Source of the DNA: Candidatus Pelearchaeum maunauluense
GTDB lineage: Archaea; Thermoproteota; Nitrososphaeria_A; Caldarchaeales; Caldarchaeaceae
NCBI GenBank assembly: GCA_030059675.1
Contig: JANVYQ010000002.1
Coordinates: forward strand, 1-64,000
Direction: 5' to 3'
DNA: 64,000 bases
In this document: piece by piece, positions 1 through 8,975 of the stretch
Layout: each line of letters opens with the position of its first letter
Numbering within the stretch: position 1 is the stretch's first letter
Made by a program: the position numbers and the translations under genes
The notes under the pieces: generated by a model
What the model saw: only the letters and a program-made list of their open reading frames with translations
What the model was told of the DNA's origin: nothing
Databases searched by the model: none

Positions 1-1
1 T

Positions 2-1015
2 CGGCACCTTCCCCAGCTCCTCCTCTTACTTCAGGTCATTATGATACCCTTCGTCATAAAGGCTGGGCTTCCAACGCGTCTGGATATAATGATGGCGTGG
101 CTCATGCTATATCCAATAGTAATAATAATCTCCATGCTTATGTCGTCGCATTTCTTCATCAAAAAAGCATATAACAATGTGCGGCAGTTTGTCAAAGATG
201 TATTCCTCTTAATACTCTTCGGGACGGGAATTTCTCTCAACAATTCAATAGCTATAATACATGCACTGGCCAAGAGAGATAAGAGTTTCAGCAGGACTCC
301 TAAATTTGGGATAAGGGGAAGAGAGGGGGATTGGAGGGGGAAGAAATATGCTTTACCATTTGAGGGATATGCGATTCTAGATATTGTTCTCGGCATGTAT
401 GTTCTGTTTGCGGCTTTGCTGGCTTTCTATAGCAGGGCATATAGCTTCATGCCCTTAACGCTCATCGTTGCAGTATCGCTTCTCTACATAGGAATCCTGA
501 CAATAATACACTCCATAACGCGTAGAACAGTTAAACGGCTAAAGATACACTCGGCCATACTCATTCCTATAATGCTGATTTTTGTATTGGCTGGCTTTAT
601 CGCGGTGTATGCTGTAAATGTTTATCGGGTTGAGGCTGCCTTGGCAGAGATTGAACGTGCATCCACATCCACATCATTTAATAATATTCTTGAGAATGTG
701 AAATCTGCTTCTAAGCTTTTACCCGATTCTGGAAACCTCGTATGGCTGTCCCCAACCGCTGGAACGGACTTTACGCTCATTAAGAGAGACCTAGCAGCGA
801 TAATACAACGTATAGGTAACCTGCGGTACTTGACGACGAATATAGAATACTTCCACGCTGAGTTAGAGGACATTCGCGATGCGCTTGGTGTTATTGGCAT
901 ACAGTTGAGAGACATCCAGCCCTATGCGTGGATTACTCTTACGGGGGTGGTTATTGTTTTCATAACTTTGTTCTCTTCTATCGGTGTGCTGGTTACGTTG
1001 GGTGAGCGGGCTTGA
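2..1015 (+). CDS. C-terminal part of a cellulose-synthase-like GT2 membrane glycosyltransferase with an extra C-terminal domain (5'-partial)
   Basis: The frame is open from base 2. It has multiple TM segments and the FSRTPKFG motif typical of CesA/CslA-like GT2 C-termini. The catalytic domain lies outside the window. Confidence 0.65.
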   Translation, partial: RHLPQLLLLLQVIMIPFVIKAGLPTRLDIMMAWLMLYPIVIIISMLMSSHFFIKKAYNNVRQFVKDVFLLILFGTGISLNNSIAIIHALAKRDKSFSRTPKFGIRGREGDWRGKKYALPFEGYAILDIVLGMYVLFAALLAFYSRAYSFMPLTLIVAVSLLYIGILTIIHSITRRTVKRLKIHSAILIPIMLIFVLAGFIAVYAVNVYRVEAALAEIERASTSTSFNNILENVKSASKLLPDSGNLVWLSPTAGTDFTLIKRDLAAIIQRIGNLRYLTTNIEYFHAELEDIRDALGVIGIQLRDIQPYAWITLTGVVIVFITLFSSIGVLVTLGERA

Positions 1016-1554
1016 AGAGGATGTGGGCTGTCTTCATTATAGTCTGGCTTCTGTTCGGTGTTGTTATGCTTTCTCTAGGTTATCTGGATACAATATATCG
1101 GCTTGAGCGTGCTGTGGGTTATCTAAGCAGGGCCCAGGCAGCTGGATTTGCCGAGGACATGAGTCTATATCTACGCCATGCGCTTGAATACCTGCCAAAT
1201 AGGGGGAATCCAGTCTGGATATTCCCAACCCCGCGGACCAACTTCACGTTAATCTATAAGGACTTGATAACGCTGGAGAGGCGGCTGGAGATAATAGCCC
1301 AAATCCCGCGAAACTCCTCCGCATATGCGCAAAGCCTAAACGACATACGCGGAAAGATAGCAGTTCTAATAGACCAGATAGGAGAAGCCATGCCATATAC
1401 ACTGATAACGCCGCTCAACATAGCCCTAGCCCTAATCTGGCTCATAGCACCATACACTACGTATAGAATAACCAACCACCTAAGAAACAGGAAATCAATA
1501 GAACGCGAATCAGAGTCATCAACAATGGATAAACGCGCCGGGGGTGGGATTTGA
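1012..1554 (+). CDS. Membrane protein with two terminal hydrophobic helices, paralogous to the C-terminal domain of the upstream GT2
   Basis: TTGA start/stop overlap with the upstream gene. LPNRGNPVWIFPTPRTNFTLIYKDL aligns with upstream LPDSGNLVWLSPTAGTDFTLIKRDL. Confidence 0.75.
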   Translation: MKRMWAVFIIVWLLFGVVMLSLGYLDTIYRLERAVGYLSRAQAAGFAEDMSLYLRHALEYLPNRGNPVWIFPTPRTNFTLIYKDLITLERRLEIIAQIPRNSSAYAQSLNDIRGKIAVLIDQIGEAMPYTLITPLNIALALIWLIAPYTTYRITNHLRNRKSIERESESSTMDKRAGGGI

Positions 1555-1620
1555 ACCCACGCGGCCCAGAGGGCCACCGGCTCTCCAGGCCGGCCCTCTA
1601 CCTGGCTAAGGGACCCCGGC
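1536..1620 (-). tRNA. tRNA-Ser(GGA)
   Basis: Reverse complement gives acceptor stem GCCGGGG/CCCCGGC, discriminator G, anticodon arm CCGGC-CTGGAGA-GCCGG, a long variable arm and T-loop GTTCAAATC. No encoded CCA and no intron. Confidence 0.95.
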
Positions 1621-1652
1621 TTGGCTGGTGGTATGTTGTTTGGGCTCTGTTT

Positions 1653-2689
1653 TTAAGTGTTGGGTCTCTTTCTGAGGCCGCCTTTCCAGATTGATGGGTA
1701 TGTTTGGCGCTCCATTATTACTCGTGTTGTGTCTATCGCTATTCCCTCGGTTGCTTCAAGCATCTGCTCGCTGCTCATCATGGATGTCCCTAGAGCAACA
1801 AGCTCGCCCTTTAGCGTCATTATGGCTGTGAGGTCGCCTTCCTTGATTCCAGATTCAACCCGTGCTATGCCCACGACAGCGAGGTCCGCGCCGTGGCATA
1901 CGGCGTCAACGGCAGTGTCAAGCACGTACACCTTCGGCAACAGCTTTACACACTCTTCAACCGGCCTCACAACCCTCCTAAGCTCTCTATCGTCACCTTC
2001 TTCGCGGTAAGTCTTCCAAGCCGAATAGACGTCCAGTAACGATGCTGACTCCTGCTCGATAAACGGACCTGCGCGTATTCTACGTAGCTCCTCCATATGT
2101 GCGCCAATGCCGAGATACTCGCCTATGTCGTGGCAGAGTTTGCGCATGTAAGTTCCTGCCGAGCAAGCTACCTCTAGTAGCACGTGCCTACCGTCGCGCT
2201 CAACTATGCGCGAGCCGTATATCACCCTTATACGTGGCCGTCGTGCTACGGAGGACCTTACAGGCGGGACTTGATATATCTCTCCTGTAAAGAGTTGTAG
2301 AGCGTCCTCAAGCTCTTCATCCGAAACGTCCCCATGTAGCTCCATTAGGCAGATGTACTCCTTGCCGCTATGCATTATCGCTGGGGCGCTCTTTGCGGCG
2401 TCCTCTAAGAGCATAGGGAGCACGCCTGAGACGGCGGGATTTCCCCATGCCCTATGCTGGGTTCTAGAGTCCCGCCGTGGCCGGCGTGTGATAGGCTAAG
2501 CATCTTCTTGAGCGTGGCGGCAACCTCGTGGCTCGTAGGGCCGCGGTGCTTGTCTAGGTTTATGACGCCGAGCTTCAAAAGCTTCTCAACTGGCCTGGCC
2601 TCTGGCTTCTCGCCATAGCTCCAGTCAGTATCGGCGTCAAGCCTAACAAATAACTCGCGCTCGCGCATCCATGGTGGGGTTATGTCCAT
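1653..2689 (-). CDS. cbf5: H/ACA pseudouridine synthase Cbf5, two exons (2689-2464 and 2440-1653)
   Basis: The N-part has NLDKHRGPTSHEV...GHGGTL. The C-part has KEYICLM, GTYMRKLCHDIG and a PUA domain. Removing 23 nt restores GHGGTLDPAVSGVLP. Confidence 0.95.
2441..2463 (-). other. 23-nt bulge-helix-bulge mRNA intron in cbf5
   Basis: Exon helix ACGGCGGGA/UCCCGCCGU, central helix CUCU/GGGG, bulges AGA and AAA. Cutting after the second bulge base recreates the GAU Asp codon. Confidence 0.92.
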
Positions 2690-2961
2690 GAAATAGCACC
2701 ACGCTCGCGCATGTACTGTTCAAGCCCCGCTTCTTGGATTGCTTTCAAAACCTCGTCATCACTGGCCTCTTCCTTAATCTCCAGCTTCTTCGGCGTAAAC
2801 GCCAGATGGGCGACATTCACCTTCCTCCTCCTAACGTTCGTCAGTCTTTTCGGGCCTGTAACGATGACGGCCTGCTTATCCACAACGCCGACGATTACAC
2901 ACTTTCCCCCAGCGTCGCGCCCAGCTAGCTTCACGCATATACGGCCAATCTGGTCCTTCAT
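2680..2961 (-). CDS. rpl14e: 50S ribosomal protein eL14
   Basis: IGRICVKLAGRDAGGKCVIV...TGPK...RRRKVNVAHL; located next to cbf5. Confidence 0.95.
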   Translation of the reverse strand: MKDQIGRICVKLAGRDAGGKCVIVGVVDKQAVIVTGPKRLTNVRRRKVNVAHLAFTPKKLEIKEEASDDEVLKAIQEAGLEQYMRERGAISWT

Positions 2962-3024
2962 AATCTACCCTCTCCATAACCAGCCATGGATGGATTAAAT
3001 TTAAGGTTCTTTACTGTGGGGGTG

Positions 3025-3615
3025 ATGGGAAGGGGCTTGGCGGTCTGTATAAGCGGCTTTGCCGCGACAGGTAAATCAACGCTGGGAAAGAGGCTTGCCA
3101 AAAGCCTAGGCCTGAGATACATCTCTGGGGGAGATGCGTTAAAGGCCCTTGCAGTAGATATGGGCTACAAGCCCGGGGGAAAGGACTGGTGGGAGACGCG
3201 CGAAGGGCTTGAATTCCTCAACGAGCGGCGCCGCAACCCCTCGTTTGACAAGCTTGTGGACCAGAAGCTCTTAGAGATGTGCCGTGAGGGGGGAGTCGTG
3301 GTGGATTCGTGGGTTCTCCCATGGCTATTAGGCAGTGGGGAGAGCTATAATGTGTGGCTCGGGGCCTCGGAGAGGGCTAGAGCTGAGCGCATGGCTCGGC
3401 GCTCAGGGCTCAGCGTGGCGCAGGCTCTTAGGATACTGCGCAAACGCGACCGCGAGAGCAGCAACATCTACAAACGCCTCTATGGCATAGAGCTTGGAAA
3501 AGACTTCAAACCCTTCCATCTAGTTATAGATACCACAAGCTTGACGCCGCAGCAGGTCTTCCGCCTAGTCCTAGGTAGTATTAGGCGGTTCTACCGATTA
3601 GAGGAGGCGTCTTAA
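3025..3615 (+). CDS. cmk: Cytidylate kinase (archaeal type)
   Basis: P-loop ISGFAATGKST, FDKLVDQK, RAERMARR and YKRLYGI. ATG at 3025 follows GGGGTG. Confidence 0.88.
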   Translation: MGRGLAVCISGFAATGKSTLGKRLAKSLGLRYISGGDALKALAVDMGYKPGGKDWWETREGLEFLNERRRNPSFDKLVDQKLLEMCREGGVVVDSWVLPWLLGSGESYNVWLGASERARAERMARRSGLSVAQALRILRKRDRESSNIYKRLYGIELGKDFKPFHLVIDTTSLTPQQVFRLVLGSIRRFYRLEEAS

Positions 3616-3880
3616 TGCCCCACTCGCGGGCTGCAAGCATCTTAAGCCCTTCACGAAGACATCTATGGCAGACCGAGCCGCCATACATGCGGGAGACTGT
3701 CCGCTCGGTGTAGTGCAGCTTGTAAGGTTTTTCACGCGGTATTCCAAAGAGCTTGCCGCCACAAACGGCGCATCGCGCGGGCCCTGGCTTCTCGTCCCTA
3801 TAATGCACCACGACACGCGAGCCTGGTGTCCTGACCTTAACCCGTTTCCTACTTCTTGTCCTTAGGCTTCTCCTGGGCAC
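3581..3880 (-). CDS. rpl34e: 50S ribosomal protein eL34
   Basis: VRTPGSRVVVHY, CAVCG, RMYGGSVCHRC. GTG start at 3880 follows SD GAGGTGG. Confidence 0.93.
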   Translation of the reverse strand: MPRRSLRTRSRKRVKVRTPGSRVVVHYRDEKPGPARCAVCGGKLFGIPREKPYKLHYTERTVSRMYGGSVCHRCLREGLKMLAAREWGIKTPPLIGRTA

Positions 3881-4346
3881 TTTTCTCCACCTCAGGCGCA
3901 CCAAAGCTTACGCGCATTAGCTTGGATATGAGCAGGTTTACTGCGAAGAACGACAATATGAACCATCCGAAGAAATGGAGCTTACCCCCCTCGGATATAA
4001 ACGGTATATCAAGCCCTGCTGGCATCACGCCTATGGCCTCGGTACCGAAGAACGAGGCTGCCATGGGGTAGAAGGTGAAGAAGATAAGCAGGCTGCCGAA
4101 CATCACTATAAGATTCTTCTTGCTCACCTCGGCGTTAAGCTTCAGTATATACTCCCTCTTCTTCTCCAGCTTCTGGATAGTCTTCTGGTCGCGTTTTCTC
4201 CTAGCAGCAAGCAGCTCGCGGTTATACGCCTGTATCTCAGCCATCTTCAGCATATCCTCACGCTTCAGAACAGCTTTTCTAAGGGCTAGAGTAACGACTG
4301 AGAGGAGAGCCGCGAGCCCTAGTATCATGAGCATCTGAAGAACCAT
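3849..4346 (-). CDS. EMC3/TMCO1 (DUF106, Oxa1 superfamily) membrane protein
   Basis: TM, coiled coil, then two TMs with GWFILSFF; canonical position downstream of secY. Confidence 0.8.
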   Translation of the reverse strand: MVLQMLMILGLAALLSVVTLALRKAVLKREDMLKMAEIQAYNRELLAARRKRDQKTIQKLEKKREYILKLNAEVSKKNLIVMFGSLLIFFTFYPMAASFFGTEAIGVMPAGLDIPFISEGGKLHFFGWFILSFFAVNLLISKLMRVSFGAPEVEKSAQEKPKDKK

Positions 4347-4355
4347 GCCCGGTGC

Positions 4356-5777
4356 TCACTCCTCACCCAACAGCCTGCCTATAGCTGGGTGCATCTCCGT
4401 AATCCTCTCCCTCAACAGTATCTGATAATACTGGTGGAGGATGCTTGTCGTCAGCAGAAGCCCTATACCAGAGCCGAAAACACCAAAATAGTTAGAGACG
4501 CTGCCCACAATACCTATTATCAAGCCGCCAATTATAGTGACTGTTGAGATATATTTCTGAAGCACACGCGCTATAACCGTGGGGGAGCGTCTAAAGCCTG
4601 GGACTTGCATACCTGCCGCGATTAGCTGGTTAGCCACCTTATACGGTGAGAGTCCGCCTATCTGTACCCAGAACTTAGCAAAAAGCACAGAGAAGATTGT
4701 GAGCAGAACCGCATAGATAAACGCGTGCATCGGGTCTGCAAATACTTGTAGAAGATTTCTTGGTGGTGTTACGTAATACGCTAAACCGCCTGTTGGGATT
4801 ACTCCTCTATTGGGGTCTGATGTGAAAGTTCCTAAGATGTTCAGAAGAGTGTTGGTGTTCTCAGGATTGAAGCGTGTCCAAACTAGTGAGCCTATGTAGA
4901 AGATGTTGCTGAAAACCGTGGAGGCGAAGATTATCGGTATGTTAGACACGTAAAGTAGTTTGATTGGATACTTGGCACGGTATCCAGAGAACTTAGCATA
5001 AGAGATGGGTATCTCAATTCTTATTGACTCTATGTAGATGAGTATTATTATGAGTACTATTGTGGCTGTTAAGCCAACTATGTCTGGAAAGCCTCCTATA
5101 CGTATGAAGAGTGGCGCTATACCTGCTCCTGCTATACCCTGAACAAGTGCGGGAATAATTCCTTGATAGAAGCCGTCTTGAAGTATTATAGGAGAGAAGA
5201 GATTTACGAATACCTGCTCAGCAACTCCAGCAGCTATAAACAGGCTAATACCACTGCCAAGTCCCCACCCCTTCTGAACCATCTCGTCCAACATTATGAT
5301 TATCACAGTCGCAGCCACCAGCTGTGCAAAGATTACATAGGCCTGTTCTTGGTTGATTGGACCGAAGAAGCCTGATAGAGTAAATGCAGCTCCCTCAAAG
5401 ATTGTTACTATTATGGCTAAAAGCTTGCTCGCTGTTGTGAATACTGCGCGGTCATTTGGCTTTGTTAGGTCTAGCTTGATTATCTCCGCTCCAACTAGTA
5501 GCTGAAGGATTAAGCCTGCCGTTACTATAGGTCCTATTCCGAGTGTGATTAGCGTTCCCTGTTTTGCTGCGAATATTATGTTGAAGAGAAGTGGTGTTTG
5601 TTGGGCTTGCGCTCCTGCTGGTAATCCGTATAATAGTGTGTTCCCCATCCAGAGGTAGATGACCAGCGCTAGCGCGGTCCATCCGAGTTTTTCGGTTAAG
5701 CTAACCTTACGTCCAGGCTTCTTAATCTCCGGAAGGGCTTTTGCGGCCTGTTCAACGACGTTACGGAACGAGGTCAT
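4356..5777 (-). CDS. secY: Preprotein translocase SecY
   Basis: GTLITLGIGPIVTAGLILQLL, KGWGLGSGISLFIAAGV, YPIKLLYVSNIP. Confidence 0.97.
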   Translation of the reverse strand: MTSFRNVVEQAAKALPEIKKPGRKVSLTEKLGWTALALVIYLWMGNTLLYGLPAGAQAQQTPLLFNIIFAAKQGTLITLGIGPIVTAGLILQLLVGAEIIKLDLTKPNDRAVFTTASKLLAIIVTIFEGAAFTLSGFFGPINQEQAYVIFAQLVAATVIIIMLDEMVQKGWGLGSGISLFIAAGVAEQVFVNLFSPIILQDGFYQGIIPALVQGIAGAGIAPLFIRIGGFPDIVGLTATIVLIIILIYIESIRIEIPISYAKFSGYRAKYPIKLLYVSNIPIIFASTVFSNIFYIGSLVWTRFNPENTNTLLNILGTFTSDPNRGVIPTGGLAYYVTPPRNLLQVFADPMHAFIYAVLLTIFSVLFAKFWVQIGGLSPYKVANQLIAAGMQVPGFRRSPTVIARVLQKYISTVTIIGGLIIGIVGSVSNYFGVFGSGIGLLLTTSILHQYYQILLRERITEMHPAIGRLLGEE

Positions 5778-5782
5778 CTAGC

Positions 5783-6226
5783 TCACGCGGCCTTCTGGGT
5801 AGCTAGCTCTTCCGGCCTTATAATCCTACCCCCAACAGCCTTAATCTTCTCCTCAGCCTGCTTGCTCCACTTAGCCACAGCTACAACCACTGGCCTGTGT
5901 ATTACGCCCTTGCCGACCAGCCTATCATATCCCATCTCATCAAGGTTAATCGTCACAATTCCTTCCTTCTCTTCCATCTTCTCCACCAACGTCTGGAGGC
6001 CGTTGATGTTTATCGCCATCTCCTCGCGTGATGTTGGGCTATGGAAGCCGTGCTTGCCAAAGTAATCCTCCTTCAGTAGCTTCGTCCACTTATGCTTGTG
6101 TCCTCCGGCCATTCCGCGGCCGCCTTTGGCACCCGTTTTACGATGCTGCCCAACCTGGCCCCAGCCCATCGTCCTAGAGCCACGCCTCTTACGAACCTTC
6201 CTAAAACGCGTCGGCAAGAGCATCAC
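5783..6226 (-). CDS. rpl15: 50S ribosomal protein uL15
   Basis: RKRRGSRTMGWG...GGRGMAGGHKHKW, AEEKIKAVGG. Confidence 0.95.
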   Translation of the reverse strand: MMLLPTRFRKVRKRRGSRTMGWGQVGQHRKTGAKGGRGMAGGHKHKWTKLLKEDYFGKHGFHSPTSREEMAININGLQTLVEKMEEKEGIVTINLDEMGYDRLVGKGVIHRPVVVAVAKWSKQAEEKIKAVGGRIIRPEELATQKAA

Positions 6227-6305
6227 CTAGTTATTCTCGCATCGACACGCCCCACTATTGAGTATTTAAAGTATTATAACAAAACCAAGCCTAGAGGTTG
6301 GCTGC

Positions 6306-6785
6306 TTAGACCATCCGCCTTATCAGCTCGTTTATCGCCTGTCCCCTGTAGCCGTGCTCTCCCTTGTCTTTATAGGGTCGTTTTATGCTGTATTTGAACC
6401 CCTTTCTCGGTGGATGGAGCCGCGCGTAGGGCTTTGCGTTCTGGCGCTTCAGCTTCTTGAGCAGCGTCTCCCCGTCTTGCTGCACAAGCCTTTCGGCTAG
6501 CTCCTCCAAGCTACGTAGGCCCAGTTTTTCGGCGACCTCATCACTGAGCCTACCGTCACCCTTAACCTCCATCTTCTTAAGTAATGCGAGTATGGTATCC
6601 TTGTTTGGTTCTCCCCAGGTTATGTATGGTTCCACCTTTCTGAGCATTCCGCGATGGGCTTCGTCGTCTGGTATTATTGTTGCGTGGTTGGCTCCTTTTA
6701 GGTTGAGTAGTTCTAGTGTCTTCTTTACGTCGGGGTGGAGACCTATGTGGCCGCGGAGTCTAACCGCCACGAGTAGGCCAGTCAT
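6306..6785 (-). CDS. rpl30: 50S ribosomal protein uL30
   Basis: AVRLRG, GMLRKVEPYITWGE, RLHPPRKG, GYRGQAINELIRRM. The ATG at 6785 is preferred over the longer ORF call. Confidence 0.93.
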   Translation of the reverse strand: MTGLLVAVRLRGHIGLHPDVKKTLELLNLKGANHATIIPDDEAHRGMLRKVEPYITWGEPNKDTILALLKKMEVKGDGRLSDEVAEKLGLRSLEELAERLVQQDGETLLKKLKRQNAKPYARLHPPRKGFKYSIKRPYKDKGEHGYRGQAINELIRRMV

Positions 6786-6787
6786 GG

Positions 6788-7402
6788 CTAAACAACCTTC
6801 CACAGCTCTGGGAGGACAATCTTGTTGGTATTGCGGAGCGCCATGTATGTTGCTCCCACAGTTGAGAGCGTCGTCCGCGTCTCGCCAAAGCTTCGCGTCC
6901 AGCAGTCTTTCACGCCCGCAAGCTCTAGAACAGTCTTCTGCGTCTCGCCAGCAACTATCCCCAGCCCTCGCGGGCCTGGGAGTATGGAGACGCGTACGCT
7001 CCCCCACTTACCGTCGCTCTTCACTATAAGGCTATGTGGTTCCCCACATGCGCACTCCCAGCTTCCACAGCCGCGTCTCACGGGAATTATGTTGAGCTTA
7101 GCATCCCTCAACGCCTTCTCAATTGCAGAGACTACATGAACAGACTTGCCAGTACCTATTCCAACATAACCATCCCTATTACCAACAACCACAATAGCCT
7201 TGAAGCGTGTCTTCTCGCCAGCGTCAGTCTGTCGCTGAACTAGCTTAACGTCAATAACTTCCTGCTCAAGCCCTGGAAGTAAATAATCCACAATCTCTGG
7301 TTCAACTATCTTGTAGTGGTTTTGGAAGATCTGCTCTATGCTTGTTATCTTGCCCTCCTGAACCATCCTACCCAACGTTGTTCTGGGAACCCAGCTACTC
7401 AC
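6788..7402 (-). CDS. rps5: 30S ribosomal protein uS5
   Basis: WVPRTTLGRMV, QRQTDAGEKTRF, RRGCGSWEC. Confidence 0.96.
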   Translation of the reverse strand: MSSWVPRTTLGRMVQEGKITSIEQIFQNHYKIVEPEIVDYLLPGLEQEVIDVKLVQRQTDAGEKTRFKAIVVVGNRDGYVGIGTGKSVHVVSAIEKALRDAKLNIIPVRRGCGSWECACGEPHSLIVKSDGKWGSVRVSILPGPRGLGIVAGETQKTVLELAGVKDCWTRSFGETRTTLSTVGATYMALRNTNKIVLPELWKVV

Positions 7403-7971
7403 CCAAACTCAACCTCCTCAATCTTCTTCTTTACCTCATCAAACATTTCTGGTAACCTTGAATAAAACTCTGGGTCGCTTTTACTAAATTGAACCTTATC
7501 AACCTGCCCTGCAAGCTGTTCAAAATAGTTCTTGATATGTTCCCCGCGTAGTCTGTCCTCGTCTGGGAAGACCTCCTCATCTGCGGGTACTTCAAGCCCT
7601 GCATCCACAGCGCCTTTCACCGCGGCGAAGAGCCTAGAGCCGTATGCCGGCCTCTGTATCCCCAAATCAACGATTGCTCTCTCATAACCTTTTGCAAGGG
7701 CCTTTTTACCGGCCAACAGTCCTGTGAGATATGCGGCGGGTAGGTTTTTGAAGCTGTCGCGCCAGCCGTAGCGGGTTAGTTCCTTTGAAGTTACTGTTAT
7801 GACTGTATTGTCTCCGACTGGTTTGGAGAGTGTGAGCTGGACTATTATGTAGCGGTTGGTTCTCCTGATGACTAGGCGTGGGAGGCCTGATTTAACCAGC
7901 TTGAGTCTCTTCCTGTAATCTGTTAGCCCTTCACGCCTTCTGCGCGGTGGCATTCTAAGTAGGGCAGACAT
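7399..7971 (-). CDS. rpl18: 50S ribosomal protein uL18
   Basis: RRRREGLTDYRKRLKL, NLPAAYLTGLL, KGAVDAGL. Confidence 0.96.
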   Translation of the reverse strand: MSALLRMPPRRRREGLTDYRKRLKLVKSGLPRLVIRRTNRYIIVQLTLSKPVGDNTVITVTSKELTRYGWRDSFKNLPAAYLTGLLAGKKALAKGYERAIVDLGIQRPAYGSRLFAAVKGAVDAGLEVPADEEVFPDEDRLRGEHIKNYFEQLAGQVDKVQFSKSDPEFYSRLPEMFDEVKKKIEEVEFG

Positions 7972-8415
7972 CTACACAATCATCCTCCTAGCCAGCTTGT
8001 TTATCCTGATGTATTCCTTAAGCGCCGCGACGGATTTGAATGCTCCAGCCTTTGTCATGAGGTATAGCTTTCTATATACTGCTGGTTCAATTATCCCTTT
8101 ATCGCGGAGAAGCTTGAGGAACCTTCGCTGAGGTCTTACTGTGTTAATCCATTTTCTCTTTCTGGGGATTATGGAGTGTTTGGCTCCTTTTCTACTTCCA
8201 GGCCCGCGCTTCTTTTTGAGCCGCATTCTAACCCTTACGCGGCTCACGCCTTTTGCTTGTACCTTGTAAATTGCCCCGTCCTTGATGAGCTGTCTTATCT
8301 CTTGGCGTGTTATTGCAGATTCTATATCTTCTAGCCGCTCTTCATCAAAGCGGACGCGGCTTTCACCGCATTTGAGCAGCTCTGCCGCCATCCTTTTCTG
8401 CATATCCAGCTTCAT
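7972..8415 (-). CDS. rpl19e: 50S ribosomal protein eL19
   Basis: QKRMAAELLKCG, AITRQEIRQLIKDG, GPGSRKG. Confidence 0.96.
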   Translation of the reverse strand: MKLDMQKRMAAELLKCGESRVRFDEERLEDIESAITRQEIRQLIKDGAIYKVQAKGVSRVRVRMRLKKKRGPGSRKGAKHSIIPRKRKWINTVRPQRRFLKLLRDKGIIEPAVYRKLYLMTKAGAFKSVAALKEYIRINKLARRMIV

Positions 8416-8819
8416 TCCTCACCAGCCTCCGTTACGGCTTCTTCCTTAACTGGGGGATTCAGCACCTTAACACCACGGCTCTCCGCTAGTTCCAGTATCT
8501 TCAGCCTCTTCCTACGGCCAACAGAGCCCGCGATTCTGACAGCCTCATACTCAGGGTTTACCTTCTCCACGTCTTCTGGTCTATGGACTAGCACTTCACG
8601 AGAGCCTGATGGATGTAGCCCCCTATATTTTCTAGGTGAGCCGTATCCTATCTTGACTAGAGGCGGCGCTCCCCTTACCTGGAGGCGCATCTTACTATCT
8701 TTCCCACGCGGCCTCCTCCAGTTTGGCTTAAGCCTTACATAGCGCCAGCTCTCCTGCCGCCTGAACTCAGGCTTCTTACGCCGCCTCACCAGCACCCTAC
8801 GCGGAATCTTAATCGGCAA
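8412..8819 (-). CDS. rpl32e: 50S ribosomal protein eL32
   Basis: KPEFRRQESWRY, WRRPRGKDSKMR, GLHPSG. TTG start inferred. Confidence 0.93.
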   Translation of the reverse strand: MPIKIPRRVLVRRRKKPEFRRQESWRYVRLKPNWRRPRGKDSKMRLQVRGAPPLVKIGYGSPRKYRGLHPSGSREVLVHRPEDVEKVNPEYEAVRIAGSVGRRKRLKILELAESRGVKVLNPPVKEEAVTEAGEE

Positions 8820-8975
8820 CCAGCGACCACCATCTAAACAAGGACAGTTATCGTGTCTCGTCAACCACTCGGCCGTCTTTATTAACCTTCATAACACGCC
8901 GAGAACCGCCTATTAGGTCTAAAACATATCAAATCAGTCTATATGCGTGTTGGTGAGCATTAGTAATGGAGAAGG

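Noticed and set aside
2405-2470. cbf5 as a pseudogene or programmed frameshift
   Set aside because: A BHB fold gives an exact 23-nt excision that restores the catalytic Asp; a frameshift would leave extra residues in the active-site motif.
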